The notes: generated by a model from the letters alone, not told the origin. Counted from the stretch's first letter, positions 36,318 through 46,805 are shown. The stretch: 64,000 bases of DNA from a virus (IMGVR_UViG_2597489885_000001:6131-70130); one strand, 5' to 3'. Program-made: numbers and translations.

Positions 36318-37309
36318 GCATGCTGATACCCGGTGAACACCAGTTGGCCGAGCCGGCCATTGTCACAGTCGATGAATTCGAGACGCTGCTTGCCGAGTTC
36401 AAGACCTTCGTCATCGATTACGTGGCCCAGCGTTCCCCCGCCCATGCGCAGAAACTGCAGGCCAGCCTGGCCAACGAAAGCGAGCTGCTGACCCTGGCGC
36501 TGGAAGCCTTCTGCCTGCGCCTGCAGACCCATGAGCGCAAGTACAACGCCCGCATCAAGCAGATGCTGGCCTGGTGGGCCACCGGCAGCAATCTCGATGC
36601 GCGCCTGGCGGACATGGGCCTGGAGCGGCAGTTGCTTGACCCGGGCGATCCGGCGGCCTTTCCACCGGTCCCCGCGGTCTATGAAAGCGACCAAGATGCC
36701 CGCCTGCGCTACTACCTGGCGCCCCATGCGCCGGCCGCCGGTTCGCGCATGCAGTATCGCCGCGAGGTGTTCACCCTCGGCGAGCGGCCGACGGTGAAAG
36801 TGGACTCCACCGATGCGGGCGTGGTGACCGTCACCTACACCTTCGATCCGGACGGCTTCGCCGCTCAGGTCAAGGATGGCAACGGCCGCCGTACCGCACC
36901 GGGAGAAGTGCAGGTCACCGTGCTCTCGCGGGAAGGCGACGGCACGCCGTCCGAGGACCTGCTCGAAGGCGTGCGCCGACACTTTGCCCGACCGGACGTG
37001 AAACCGGAGACGGATCGGGTGACGGTGCAGGCGGCACAGATCAAACCCTACAAGATCCGCGTGGTGGCCAAGATCAACCCGGGCCCCGATTCCGGACTGA
37101 CCCAGGTCGCCACACAGCGGCAACTACAGGCCTACGCGGACAGCTGTCATCGCCTGGAAGGGCGGGTGGATCCGAGCTGGATCGATTACACGCTGCATGC
37201 CGCGGGTGCGGTGCAGCTGGAAATTCTCGAACCCTTGGCGCCGATCGTCACGACGGCTTTCCAGGCGCCGTATTGCACGGATGTCGAGGTGGAGGTGCTC
37301 ACGCTATGA
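36314..37309 (+). CDS. Baseplate J-like protein
   Basis: ATGSNLD...ESD..R.R...PG.V.VTVLS. Confidence 0.9.
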   Translation: MSMLIPGEHQLAEPAIVTVDEFETLLAEFKTFVIDYVAQRSPAHAQKLQASLANESELLTLALEAFCLRLQTHERKYNARIKQMLAWWATGSNLDARLADMGLERQLLDPGDPAAFPPVPAVYESDQDARLRYYLAPHAPAAGSRMQYRREVFTLGERPTVKVDSTDAGVVTVTYTFDPDGFAAQVKDGNGRRTAPGEVQVTVLSREGDGTPSEDLLEGVRRHFARPDVKPETDRVTVQAAQIKPYKIRVVAKINPGPDSGLTQVATQRQLQAYADSCHRLEGRVDPSWIDYTLHAAGAVQLEILEPLAPIVTTAFQAPYCTDVEVEVLTL

Positions 37310-37941
37310 AGGATGAAGCCGTTCACCCGAGTCTCCTGCCGGTCAACAGCTCGCCTCTGGAAAGAGCGCTCGACCTGGGTTTTGCCCGGTTGCTCGAACG
37401 CATCGCGCCGCCGTTTCCGGAGCTGATGAGCCCCGCCGAAACACCGGTTGAATTCTTGCCTTATCTCGCGGCTGATCGGGGTGTCGGCGAGTGGCGCTCC
37501 GAAGCGCCCGAGGCCGAAAAACGTTTGACGGTCGAGCTGGCCTGGCCCACCGCGCGTCAGGCCGGCACACGAAAGGCGCTGGAAAATGCCGCCAAGGGTT
37601 TGCAATTGATGCCCGAGGTTCGCGCCTGGTATGAGCAGACCCCACCGGGGGCGCCTTACAGCTTTTCGGTCAGGGCCTTCACCGAGCGGCCTTACAGCGA
37701 AGAGATCGACGCGCGCCTCGATCGGCGCCTGGCGGATGCCAAAAGCGAACGCGACACCTTGACTGTATCCGTGGGCCTGAGCGCATTCGGTTCCCACTCC
37801 ATCGGGGCGGCGACCGTCTGCGGCGAGTTGACCACCATCTACCCGATCGTCGTCGAGGGCCTTGAAGCCTCGGGCCAGGCCTTCATGGCCGCCGGACTGT
37901 ACAGCGTCGAAACATCCACTATTTATCCTCAGGGGTCCTAA
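37306..37941 (+). CDS. Tail protein I (P2 I-like)
   Basis: LLP.NSS.LE...FLPYLA...GTR.AL. Confidence 0.9.
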   Translation: MKDEAVHPSLLPVNSSPLERALDLGFARLLERIAPPFPELMSPAETPVEFLPYLAADRGVGEWRSEAPEAEKRLTVELAWPTARQAGTRKALENAAKGLQLMPEVRAWYEQTPPGAPYSFSVRAFTERPYSEEIDARLDRRLADAKSERDTLTVSVGLSAFGSHSIGAATVCGELTTIYPIVVEGLEASGQAFMAAGLYSVETSTIYPQGS

Positions 37942-39483
37942 ATGGCCGACTATTACACCCTGCTCACGAATGCGGGGATCGCCTACGAAACCGCCTGCAA
38001 GGCAGCAGGCGTACCGATCAAGCTGTCGCAGATTTCCGTCGGTGACGGAGGTGGCGCGGTTTACAACCCGGCTGCGACCGACACTGCCCTCAAGCGCGAA
38101 GTCTGGCGCGGTCCGCTCAATGCCCTGTTCCAGGACGAGAAAAACCCCAGCTGGCTGCTGGCCGAAGTGACCATCCCACCTGAAGTCGGTGGTTGGTATG
38201 TGCGTGAAGCGGGGCTGTGGACCGACACCGGTATTCTCTACGCCATCGTCAAGTATCCGGAGTCGTTCAAGCCGGTGCTGGCAACTTCGGGATCGGGGAA
38301 AGAGTTCTATATCCGCTCGATTTTCGAGACCAGCAATGCTTCGCTGGTGACCTTGCTGATCGACGATACGGTGGTCAAGGCGACGCGGGCTTGGGTGGCG
38401 GGTTATGTCGCCGATGAATTGGCCAGGCTCGACAGTAAACAATCGGTGCGGGTCGCTACCACCACCAATATCGTTTTAAGTGGTGCTCAAGCGATCGATG
38501 GCGTAGCTGTGGTTGCCGGGGACCGTGTGCTGGTCAAGGCGCAATCGCTGGCGAAGGACAATGGCATTTATGTTGTTGCCAACGGTGCCTGGACCCGTTC
38601 GAAGGACGCTGATGCAAGCGTCAAGGTTACGTCTGGGCTGATCGTTTCCGTCGAGGAAGGAGCCTTGTTGGCCGACACTATCTGGCAACTGGTTACAGAC
38701 GGCTCCATCGTTCTCGGCACTACGGCCCTGACCTTCCAGAACATAACCAAAGGATTTGCGCCGCTCAACTCACCGGTGCTGACCAACCCAACGGCGAATA
38801 CCGCGCCGCAGTTCGACAATTCAAAGGCACTCGCCACTACGGAATTCGTTGCGCGTGCGCTCGGGAGCTTCAGAGGCGGTACCGGCATTTCAGCAAGCCG
38901 GACATTGACTGGCGATGATCTTGGTAAGCGCCTGGAGCTGGCCGCCGGTGTCACGGTGGCAATGCCAGCAACTTCGTCTGTACCTGATGGGGCTGCGATG
39001 TTGATATCGGCGGGGCCGCAGTCCACAAGCTCGCGGGTGACTGTCGCCGAGGGGGATCAACTGGCAATGAACAACTTGGCTGTGACAGTTCCCTACACGC
39101 TGTCGCCTGGTGGGGACTTCATTGCGATACGAGAGGCGAATGTGTGGCGCTGCCACTCCGGCAGTGAAACCCTACGGACATCCCCATTATTCGGTGCCTC
39201 ACTGTTCGCAACGGGCTATCAGAAGCTACCAAGCGGCGACGTCGATCAATGGGGCGTGTATGTTGGGATTGCTTCGGGGGCTGAGGTGACTATTACATTA
39301 CCCGTCGCTCTTTCTGCCGTTCCAAACAATATTCAACTGACGTTTGCTAACTTCTCCAATGGCGAAGCCGTCGGAAGCTCTCCTGTATTGCAAGCAAGGG
39401 GTTCAACTTTAGGAACTTTTACTGTGCGTAACTTGTTCGGGGCGACGGCGTCGTTCTTCTGGAGAGTGAGGGGGAGAGCATGA
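37942..39483 (+). CDS. Tail fibre of tailocin 1
   Basis: YYTLLTNAG...GGWYVREAG N-domain; GYQKLPSG..QWG C-domain. Confidence 0.9.
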   Translation: MADYYTLLTNAGIAYETACKAAGVPIKLSQISVGDGGGAVYNPAATDTALKREVWRGPLNALFQDEKNPSWLLAEVTIPPEVGGWYVREAGLWTDTGILYAIVKYPESFKPVLATSGSGKEFYIRSIFETSNASLVTLLIDDTVVKATRAWVAGYVADELARLDSKQSVRVATTTNIVLSGAQAIDGVAVVAGDRVLVKAQSLAKDNGIYVVANGAWTRSKDADASVKVTSGLIVSVEEGALLADTIWQLVTDGSIVLGTTALTFQNITKGFAPLNSPVLTNPTANTAPQFDNSKALATTEFVARALGSFRGGTGISASRTLTGDDLGKRLELAAGVTVAMPATSSVPDGAAMLISAGPQSTSSRVTVAEGDQLAMNNLAVTVPYTLSPGGDFIAIREANVWRCHSGSETLRTSPLFGASLFATGYQKLPSGDVDQWGVYVGIASGAEVTITLPVALSAVPNNIQLTFANFSNGEAVGSSPVLQARGSTLGTFTVRNLFGATASFFWRVRGRA

Positions 39484-39911
39484 CTGTTTTTTTCAGCCCG
39501 GCCACCGGGTTCTTTTACGATGATCAAGTGTGTGAGTTCATCCCTAGCGACGCAATTGGATTTAGCGCTGAAGAGCGTGATGCACTGCTATTCGCCCAAG
39601 GAAATGGGAAATACGTCGGCGTTATGCCGGATGGCCGCCCTGGCCTTATCGACTCACCACCGCAGTCACCTGAACAACTCGCGGAAGTTGAACGCTATTG
39701 GCGCTCTCGTCAACTTTCTACAACTGACGGAGTTGTGACACGTCACCGCGATGAATTGGAGGAGGGTATTGCAACCACTCTTTCAACAGATCAATACACG
39801 GAGCTTCAAGTCTATCGTCGAGCGCTCCGCAACTGGCCGGAGGCTGGTGAGTTCCCGTTGAGTGAACATCGTCCCCCCGCACCGCTGTGGCTGGCTGACC
39901 AGCTCCAATAA
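39480..39911 (+). CDS. Tail fibre assembly chaperone
   Basis: FFS..T.FFY...RHRDE...YRRALRNWP...RP.AP. Confidence 0.85.
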   Translation: MTVFFSPATGFFYDDQVCEFIPSDAIGFSAEERDALLFAQGNGKYVGVMPDGRPGLIDSPPQSPEQLAEVERYWRSRQLSTTDGVVTRHRDELEEGIATTLSTDQYTELQVYRRALRNWPEAGEFPLSEHRPPAPLWLADQLQ

Positions 39912-39937
39912 ACGCCCCGCACCGACGGGGCGTTTTC
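39910..39937 (+). terminator. Intrinsic terminator
   Basis: AAACGCCCCG-caccga-CGGGGCGTTTT. Confidence 0.75.
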
Positions 39938-40010
39938 TTATCCGCAAAGCAATACACAACACCCAACAGCCTCACTCACCTGGGGCTTTTTCGTATCTGG
40001 AGAGACTGAA

Positions 40011-40232
40011 ATGGCTAACCGCCAAACCTACACCGTCCTCGTGCCATTCCCCACCGGCGGCGGCCACTGGTCGAGCATCGGCCAGCAACTGGAACTGCTC
40101 GATGTCGAGGCCAGTGCCCTGCGTGCCGCCGGCCGCCTGGAACTGACCAGCGTCCTTGAAACGCGCCAACAGGCCGAACCGGCCACCCCATCCACCGCGG
40201 CCAAAAAGGCCGCTGCCAAGAAGGCTGAATAA
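40011..40232 (+). CDS. Small hypothetical protein before the sheath
   Basis: GGAG RBS; K/A-rich tail. Confidence 0.65.
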   Translation: MANRQTYTVLVPFPTGGGHWSSIGQQLELLDVEASALRAAGRLELTSVLETRQQAEPATPSTAAKKAAAKKAE

Positions 40233-40234
40233 CC

Positions 40235-41401
40235 ATGGCTGAGGTTCTGAACTTCGAGCACAACGGCATTACCGTCAATGCCACCGAATCCCCCGAGGCC
40301 ATGGGTGGCCTGGGTGACAACGTCATCGGTCTGGTCGGCACCGCGCCGAAGGCCGACCCGCTGATTCCGCGCAATGCGCCGTTCCGCATCAACAGCTTCA
40401 CCACCCAGGCCTTGCTGGACCCGACCGGTGCCGAGTCGGGCACTCTGTTCCAGGCGGTGTACCAGATCCTCAAAGTGGTCAAGGTTCCGGTCTATGTGGT
40501 GATCGTCGAAGAGGGCGCGACCCCGGCCGACACCGTCAATAACGTGATCGGCGGCGTCGATGCCACCACCGGCCGCAAGCTCGGCCTGGCTGCCCTGGGC
40601 AGCGTCCCGGAAGACCTGACCATCATCGGCGCGCCGGGCTTCACCGGCACCAAGGCCGTGGCTGGCGAGTTCGCCTCGTTCGGCAAGCGCATCAAGGCCC
40701 GTGTGGTGCTGGATGGCAAGGACACCTCGGTCGCCGACCAGGTGACTTACAGCAAGGAGCTGGGCGGCGCGGACCTGGGCTTCGACCGTTGCCTGGTGGT
40801 GCACAACATGCCGGCCGTGTACTCCAAGGCGGCCAAGAAGAACGTGTTCCTGGCGCCGTCGAGCCTGGCCATCGCTGCGCTGGCCAAGGTCAAGCAGTGG
40901 GAGAGCCCGGGCAACCAGGTGACCTACGCCGAAGACGTTTCGCGCACCGTGGAATACAACATCCTCGACACCTCGACCGAGGGCGACCTGCTCAACCGCT
41001 ACGGCGTCAGCTACTACGCCCGCACCGTGCTCGGTGGCTTCTCGCTGCTGGGTAACCGCTCCATCACCGGCAAGTTCATCAGCTATGTCGGCCTGGAGGA
41101 TGCCATCAGCCGCAAGCTGGTCAAGGCCGGGCAGAAAGCCATGGCCAAGAACCTGACCAAGTCCTTCATGGACCAGGAGGTCAAGCGCATCAACGACTGG
41201 CTGCAGACCCTGGTCGCCGACGAAACCATCCCGGGCGGCAGCGTGTACCTGCACCCCGAGCTGAACAGCGTCGAGAAGTACAAGAACGGTACCTGGTACG
41301 TGGTCATCGACTACGGCCGCTACGCGCCGAACGAGCACATGGTGTATCAGCTCAACGCCCGCGATGAAATCATCGAGCAGTTCCTGGAGGATGTTCTCTA
41401 A
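40235..41401 (+). CDS. Contractile sheath (tailocin 1)
   Basis: HNGITV...IGLVGTAP...LLGNRS...ETIPGG. Confidence 0.9.
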   Translation: MAEVLNFEHNGITVNATESPEAMGGLGDNVIGLVGTAPKADPLIPRNAPFRINSFTTQALLDPTGAESGTLFQAVYQILKVVKVPVYVVIVEEGATPADTVNNVIGGVDATTGRKLGLAALGSVPEDLTIIGAPGFTGTKAVAGEFASFGKRIKARVVLDGKDTSVADQVTYSKELGGADLGFDRCLVVHNMPAVYSKAAKKNVFLAPSSLAIAALAKVKQWESPGNQVTYAEDVSRTVEYNILDTSTEGDLLNRYGVSYYARTVLGGFSLLGNRSITGKFISYVGLEDAISRKLVKAGQKAMAKNLTKSFMDQEVKRINDWLQTLVADETIPGGSVYLHPELNSVEKYKNGTWYVVIDYGRYAPNEHMVYQLNARDEIIEQFLEDVL

Positions 41402-41907
41402 TGTTTACCAACCGCGTAAGACAGGCCATCGCGGCCACCCTGCAAGGCCTGCCGTTGTCGGCGACCGTGGAAGAGTTCACCCCGCCGAAGATCGAATTCG
41501 AAATGGAAGAGATGCGCGGCGGGCGCTTCATCGCCGAAGAAATGGCCAAGGGCGGCAAGGTGCTCAATGCCAAGCTGACCCTCCAGGGCGTAGGTCCGGA
41601 AATCATGCTCGCCCTCGGCGTGAGCGTGGGCGACGACATTCTGCTGAATGTGCGTGAAGCCGGCCAGGACCAGGATGGCAACACCTACTTCACCTACCAC
41701 ACGGTCGGCGGCAAGTTGAAATCCCTGGAAGAGACGATGCTGAAAATGGGTGAAAAGCCCAAGACCAATCTGGAGCTCAGTTGCCGCACCTACAACCGCC
41801 TGGAAAACGGCGTGCCGGTGATCGACATCGACGTGCGCACCCAGAAGTTCATGTTCAACGGCGTCGACATCCTCGGTGATGCCCGTCGCGCCGTACTGAT
41901 GCCGTAA
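41401..41907 (+). CDS. Tail tube (tailocin 1)
   Basis: PPKI...RGG...IDID......NGVD P2 FII-like. Confidence 0.9.
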   Translation: MFTNRVRQAIAATLQGLPLSATVEEFTPPKIEFEMEEMRGGRFIAEEMAKGGKVLNAKLTLQGVGPEIMLALGVSVGDDILLNVREAGQDQDGNTYFTYHTVGGKLKSLEETMLKMGEKPKTNLELSCRTYNRLENGVPVIDIDVRTQKFMFNGVDILGDARRAVLMP

Positions 41908-41925
41908 CCCGCGACACCTCCCTCT

Positions 41926-42012
41926 GTAGGGGTGAGCCGGCTCGTGATGACGGCCTGACAGCCTACATCAAAAACGCTGTGCATCTCCTATCGCGAGCCT
42001 GCTCGCTCCTAC
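41926..42012. repeat. REP doublet (REPIN), left arm degenerate
   Basis: GTAGGGGTGAGCCGGCTCGTGAT ... ATCGCGAGCCTGCTCGCTCCTAC inverted pair. Confidence 0.75.
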
Positions 42013-42033
42013 CTTTTACATAGGAATTCATTC

Positions 42034-42615
42034 ATGTCCTGGACGCCTCCGATCCATGTCCTGCTGTGCCCGATCACCGCCGACGACGAGTCGCAGATCG
42101 CGCAGATTCAGCTCAAGCCATTGTTCTACGCCGCGCAGAAAGAAGCGCTGGCCCGCGCCGGCGACGATGAGGACGATCAGTTCTTCGAGCTGGCCAAGCT
42201 GGCCACCGGCCTGTCGGTGAAAGAGCTGGATCAGCTCAAGCGACCGGATTACGTGAGCATTGCGCAGTACGTTCACAAGATGTCGACCCGTCCGACCGCC
42301 CACTTCCTCAAACAGGCCGAGGAGCAGATCAACGAGGACAACCCGGATCAGGTGCAACTGCTGCTGCCGCTGGCCGTGGCCGGCCAGGACGTGACCTCGC
42401 TGACCCTGGAAATGCCGGCGCTGCGGGCGACCAAAGCGATGAAAAAACTCAAGACGGCCAAGGAGCGCGCTGAGTTCATCACCGCCCATTGCACTGGCCT
42501 GATGATTCCCGATCTTGCCCAGCTGACGGTGCCCGACTGGACCCAGCTGCAGGTACGCATCGACGATTTTTTAAACAAACCGGCGGCCTTCTTTCGGAGC
42601 GCGACATCGAAGTGA
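42034..42615 (+). CDS. Tail assembly chaperone (P2 E-like)
   Basis: Between tube and TMP; T TTT TTA slippery site at 42567-42573. Confidence 0.8.
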   Translation: MSWTPPIHVLLCPITADDESQIAQIQLKPLFYAAQKEALARAGDDEDDQFFELAKLATGLSVKELDQLKRPDYVSIAQYVHKMSTRPTAHFLKQAEEQINEDNPDQVQLLLPLAVAGQDVTSLTLEMPALRATKAMKKLKTAKERAEFITAHCTGLMIPDLAQLTVPDWTQLQVRIDDFLNKPAAFFRSATSK

Positions 42616-42737
42616 TACTCGATGTGGTGCCGCTCATTTACTCGGTGAGTGAAGCGGAAATCCTGGAATGGGACGCCGGCAAGGCATTACGCCGTTACGA
42701 CATCGCGATCACTCGCCTTGGCGTGAAACAGGAGTAG
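42567..42737 (+). CDS. -1 frameshift extension (E+E'-like)
   Basis: -1 frame open: FFKQTGGLLSERDIEVILDVVPLIY...LEW... Confidence 0.8.
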   Translation, partial: FFKQTGGLLSERDIEVILDVVPLIYSVSEAEILEWDAGKALRRYDIAITRLGVKQE

Positions 42738-42743
42738 AGCGGG

Positions 42744-45008
42744 ATGGCGGACGATAAGTTTTCGCTCAAGTTCACCGCCGTCAAGGAAGGCTGGTTGACG
42801 TTCGGTGACATCAGGTCGGTCGACCTGAACACGCCCGTCGCGAGCATCGCGCCGTCGGGTGGATTGGCAGCCCAGCCCAAGGATCGGCTACCCGGTCTTG
42901 ACCGGGCACTGGATACCCTCAGCGTCGATATCGGGTTGCTGGTGACCAGCCTCGACGCCCTGAACCTGACCCTGTCGTCGCAACGTCTGCGGCAGGTGAT
43001 TACGGTTAGCCAGGCTGCCGGCGCCAAGGGCGAGCAAAAAAGTGCGGGCAAGGCAGGCGGCGGCATCGAGCCGCCGGACCTGCTCAAGCCTGCGATCAGC
43101 ATGGACTCGGCGATGGCCGACCTGGGGCGCCTGGTCGATTTCCAGGGGCGCGATCGCCAAACAATGGCCGTGGAAAACCAGCGAATGGCTGCGCTTCCAC
43201 AGATTGCTGCCGGGGGAACCAAGGCGGTCGATCTGGTAAGGATCGAATACACGGCGGCCAAGGCGGGGATCGGTAGCGATCAAGGCTCGGGCGAAGCCAG
43301 GCAAAAGGCGTTGCTGGCCTTTGCCGATGCTGCCGCAATCACCGCGACGGCATTCAAGATGTCGGGCACGGATGCCGGGGAGATGATGGCCGGCTGGCGC
43401 ACATCGATGAAGCTCAACGCCGACCAGGCCATGGATCTGGCGGATGCGACCAATCACCTGGGTAAAGTCCCCGGTGACGCCGAGGCGGCTGATATCGGCG
43501 CCATCCTCCAGCGTCATGGTGGTGCGGCGACCTCGGTTGGCCTGGCGCCGGTGCAGGCCGCGGCCCTCACGGCGGCATTGCTCAACAGCGATACGTCTAA
43601 GGCCGATGCCGGCAGTGCGCTCAAGAACATCACCACGACCCTGGGTAAGGGTGATCAGGCAACGGCGACTCAGCAAGCGGCCTGGAAGGCGCTGGGACTG
43701 GACCCCGGGAAAGTGGCCGGGGGCTTGCGCGAGGATGCTGGGGGAACTGTGGCATCGGTGCTGCAGGCGCTGAACAGGCAGCCCGCCGAGAAGCGGTCGA
43801 CGCTGGCCACGGCATTGTTTGCCGAGGGCGATCAGGCGGTGCTGCGTCTGGCGCAGAATCTCGATGACGTCAAGCAGACCTTCTCCCGGGTAGCCGGCTC
43901 GGATCCAGACGTCCCCTCGGAGTCGAATTACCAGGGCTCGGTACGGGAGTCGGCGCTGGCGCAGTCAAAGACCCAGAAAGCCACCTGGGACACCTTCGAG
44001 GCCCGCACCGAGCGATTGTCCACTGCCGCGGGCAACGCGTTGGCACCGGTAGTCGACAGTACGCTTACTCCTCTTGGCGAGTTGGTGGATGGCCTCAGCG
44101 AACTGGCCGAAACCTTTCCCAAGGTCACGGCCGGCCTCGTGCTGCTCGGTGCGGCGCTGAGGTTGCTGGTCAGCAAGCAGGGCAAGGCGGTGGTAGACGA
44201 GGTGTTCAACCGCGGTGCCAAACGCATCCTCGACGGTGCAGGCACTCGCCAGCCCGGCGCTCCAGGTCCTTCGGGCGGTCCAAGTGCACCGAGTATCCCG
44301 AGCGGTCCGAGCATCGATGTTCCACAGGAACAACGTGCCAAAGGCAAGGCCGCAAGGAGGGCCGCAAAAAAACAGGCTGCCCAGAAAGCACTGAAAGCCA
44401 CGGCCGCTGTTCCAGGTGCGGGTTCGTCCTTTGCTTTCGGTCTGTCCGGGTCGCAGGCCTCGGTTCGTTCCTTGAGCCGCAGGGCTCCTGGGCCGGCGAA
44501 GTACCTCGGCGCCGCGGTGGATGTCGCCGAAGGCCTGGTGACCGGCGATACCCAGATGCTCGCTTCTGGCCTGGGAACCGCCGGTGGCGGCTGGGCGGGG
44601 GCTTCCGCGGGGGCTGCCTTGGGGGGGGCGATCGGCAGTGTCGTGCCCATCATCGGAACGGCTCTCGGTGCGGCCGTCGGTGGACTGTTCGGTGGCTATT
44701 ATGGCGGTGACTACGGCGCCAGCCTGGGCGACAAACTCGGCGCCCTGGTCGATCGCCTCGGCTCGCCGGAGCAGGTCAAGAACGACCTGGTGGGCGGCCA
44801 GCCGGCGAACCCGGCGGGTGCCGGTCAGGCAGTCAGCCCGCCGATCACCTTCGCCCCGGTCATTCAGATCAGCGGTCCCGATCAAGCCAGCTCCCAGCAT
44901 ATTGCCGACCTCGTGCTGCAACAGCTCAGGGCGCAGTTCATACCCTTGATGATGACCGACCCACTCGCGGTAAGACGCGGTGCCGCCCTGAGCGATGGAG
45001 GTGTTTGA
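42744..45008 (+). CDS. Tape measure protein (tailocin 1)
   Basis: A.MDSAMADL...ADATNHL, PhageMin_Tail-like; Gly-rich C-terminus. Confidence 0.85.
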   Translation: MADDKFSLKFTAVKEGWLTFGDIRSVDLNTPVASIAPSGGLAAQPKDRLPGLDRALDTLSVDIGLLVTSLDALNLTLSSQRLRQVITVSQAAGAKGEQKSAGKAGGGIEPPDLLKPAISMDSAMADLGRLVDFQGRDRQTMAVENQRMAALPQIAAGGTKAVDLVRIEYTAAKAGIGSDQGSGEARQKALLAFADAAAITATAFKMSGTDAGEMMAGWRTSMKLNADQAMDLADATNHLGKVPGDAEAADIGAILQRHGGAATSVGLAPVQAAALTAALLNSDTSKADAGSALKNITTTLGKGDQATATQQAAWKALGLDPGKVAGGLREDAGGTVASVLQALNRQPAEKRSTLATALFAEGDQAVLRLAQNLDDVKQTFSRVAGSDPDVPSESNYQGSVRESALAQSKTQKATWDTFEARTERLSTAAGNALAPVVDSTLTPLGELVDGLSELAETFPKVTAGLVLLGAALRLLVSKQGKAVVDEVFNRGAKRILDGAGTRQPGAPGPSGGPSAPSIPSGPSIDVPQEQRAKGKAARRAAKKQAAQKALKATAAVPGAGSSFAFGLSGSQASVRSLSRRAPGPAKYLGAAVDVAEGLVTGDTQMLASGLGTAGGGWAGASAGAALGGAIGSVVPIIGTALGAAVGGLFGGYYGGDYGASLGDKLGALVDRLGSPEQVKNDLVGGQPANPAGAGQAVSPPITFAPVIQISGPDQASSQHIADLVLQQLRAQFIPLMMTDPLAVRRGAALSDGGV

Positions 45009-45391
45009 TGCGACAGCAAATGGTGCTGGGCAGTTTTATTTTCGGCCAGTCGCGAGGGTTCGCTTACAGCTCCCTGGTGCGCAAGTCGGGTGGTGGTTGG
45101 GTGAGCCTGGAGATTCTCACCAGCAAGCCTAAATCCAGCCAGACCGGTCAGGGCCTGCAAGGGCTGACAATCAGTGGCAAGTCCATGCGTGCGATCGCCA
45201 TGACGCGGCTCGATGAGTTGCGTGCCTTGCAGGCGTTGCGGGTGCCGCTGCCGCTGGTCGATGGCATCGGCCGCAACTGGGGCCTGTGGCGAATCGACAG
45301 TGTGTCCGAGAGCCAAAGCTACGTGATCGATGACGGCACGGCGATGGTCAACGACTGGGTCATAGAACTGACGGAGTTCATCAATGCGTAA
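45008..45391 (+). CDS. P2 U-like tail protein
   Basis: MVLGSFIF...LVDG.GR.WG.W.I. Confidence 0.85.
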   Translation: MRQQMVLGSFIFGQSRGFAYSSLVRKSGGGWVSLEILTSKPKSSQTGQGLQGLTISGKSMRAIAMTRLDELRALQALRVPLPLVDGIGRNWGLWRIDSVSESQSYVIDDGTAMVNDWVIELTEFINA

Positions 45392-45596
45392 GGTCAGAAG
45401 CATTGCTGGCGATTCGGTGAACCTGTTGCTCTACCGCGAGCTTGGTCGCAACGACGATGCCGCCGAGGAAGCGCTCTGGCGGCTCAATCCAGGGCTGGCC
45501 GAGCATGGGCCGGTGCTGCCGGCGGGGCTCTGGGTGAAACTGCCCGAGCTTGAGACCCGGCCGGTACTCGCAACGCCGGTATCGGTCTGGGATTAA
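45384..45596 (+). CDS. P2 X-like (LysM-like) tail protein
   Basis: GDSVN.L..R...NPGLA..GPVLPAG..V.LP. Confidence 0.9.
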   Translation: MRKVRSIAGDSVNLLLYRELGRNDDAAEEALWRLNPGLAEHGPVLPAGLWVKLPELETRPVLATPVSVWD

Positions 45597-45605
45597 GGAG
45601 GCGAC

Positions 45606-46625
45606 ATGGCACTTGGATTTACGCCGTCGGTAGAGATCTACGGCGCCAACGCGGCGCTGCTCAATGAGCGTCTGGTGCAATGGCAGCACATCGACGCGGC
45701 CGGGATCGAATCCGATCAACTGACCCTGACCCTCGATACCGAAGGGCTCGACGGATTGCCCAGCCTGGGCGGCCGCATCGGCTTGCGGGTCGGTTACCTG
45801 GAGTCGGGCATGGTGGACAAGGGGCAATTCATCATTGCCCGGCGCACACCCTTCCTGTACCCCATGCGCCTGGTGCTGGTGGCCACCGCCGCGCCGTTCA
45901 AGGAGAGCGACGAGACGGGTTTCAGGCGTCGCCGATCCGCCAGCCATGGGCCGATCACCCTTGGCGCGCTGTTTCGTCAACTGGTCACCCGCCACGGGTT
46001 TTCGCCGCGGGTGGCGCCGGAGCTGGATGGGGTACAGATCGCTCATGTCGATCAGTCCAACGAAACCGACATGAGTTTTCTGACGCGCCTGGCCAGGGAG
46101 TACGGCGCGGTGACCAAACCGGTGAACGGCCTGTATGTGCTGGCTCGCAGCGGTCAGGTCAAGTCTTTGTCGGGACAAACGCTGCCGGATGTGCGCTTGT
46201 CGGTGACCCGGGATAACCGCCCGGGGGATTCGGCCTTCATTTCGGCCAAGGTCGATGAGGAAAGTCGCTCGAAATTCCAGGGCTGCCAAAGCACCTGGTG
46301 GGACAGCGCCGCCGCCAAGGAGCGAGTGGTGCAAGTCGGTAGCGCGCCCTTCAACAAGTTGGGCAAGCGCCGGGCCAGCGAGCAGGAAGCCCTGGCCGCG
46401 GCCATCAGCGAGATGCGCAGGCAGGAGCGTGAGGCGCGCAATATCCAGATCGAGTGCCCTGGCAACCCGGCGTTGTCGGCCGAGGGGCTGGTCCTGCTTG
46501 ACGATACCTGGCCCGGCTTCATGCGGGGACGCTGGTCGATCAAGAAGGTGACCTCCAGCGGCTCCCGTACCCAGGGCTATCGCTGCACCCTCTCGGCCAA
46601 ATGCCTGGAGCCCCAGCCGGACTGA
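45606..46625 (+). CDS. P2 D-like baseplate hub / late control protein
   Basis: ESDQLTL...HVDQSNETDMSFLTRLA. Confidence 0.9.
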   Translation: MALGFTPSVEIYGANAALLNERLVQWQHIDAAGIESDQLTLTLDTEGLDGLPSLGGRIGLRVGYLESGMVDKGQFIIARRTPFLYPMRLVLVATAAPFKESDETGFRRRRSASHGPITLGALFRQLVTRHGFSPRVAPELDGVQIAHVDQSNETDMSFLTRLAREYGAVTKPVNGLYVLARSGQVKSLSGQTLPDVRLSVTRDNRPGDSAFISAKVDEESRSKFQGCQSTWWDSAAAKERVVQVGSAPFNKLGKRRASEQEALAAAISEMRRQEREARNIQIECPGNPALSAEGLVLLDDTWPGFMRGRWSIKKVTSSGSRTQGYRCTLSAKCLEPQPD

Positions 46626-46805
46626 GTTTGCCCGGCGCAACGGCGGCCTGATCTCTCTGGCGTCCGCAACCTTCCTCCTGTCACCCCCCTGATAAAGCTC
46701 AAGCGCATGTTGGGGGGAGGGGAGCGTTCGCCCTTTGCGCATCCGCCAAGGGCTGCTGGGTATCGCCCTCGGTTTTCTTATCTCATTCGATTCTGGAGCT
46801 TCTTC

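Larger units (their letters stand above)
34835..46625 (+). other. R-type tailocin 1 (P2-like contractile tail, headless)
   Basis: V, W, J, I, fibre, sheath, tube, E/E', TMP, U, X, D order; no capsid, terminase or integrase. Confidence 0.9.

Noticed and set aside
44621-44628. G8 tract in TMP 1 as a phase-variation site
   Set aside because: Lies in a Gly/Ala-rich coding stretch where G runs are expected; the frame is intact
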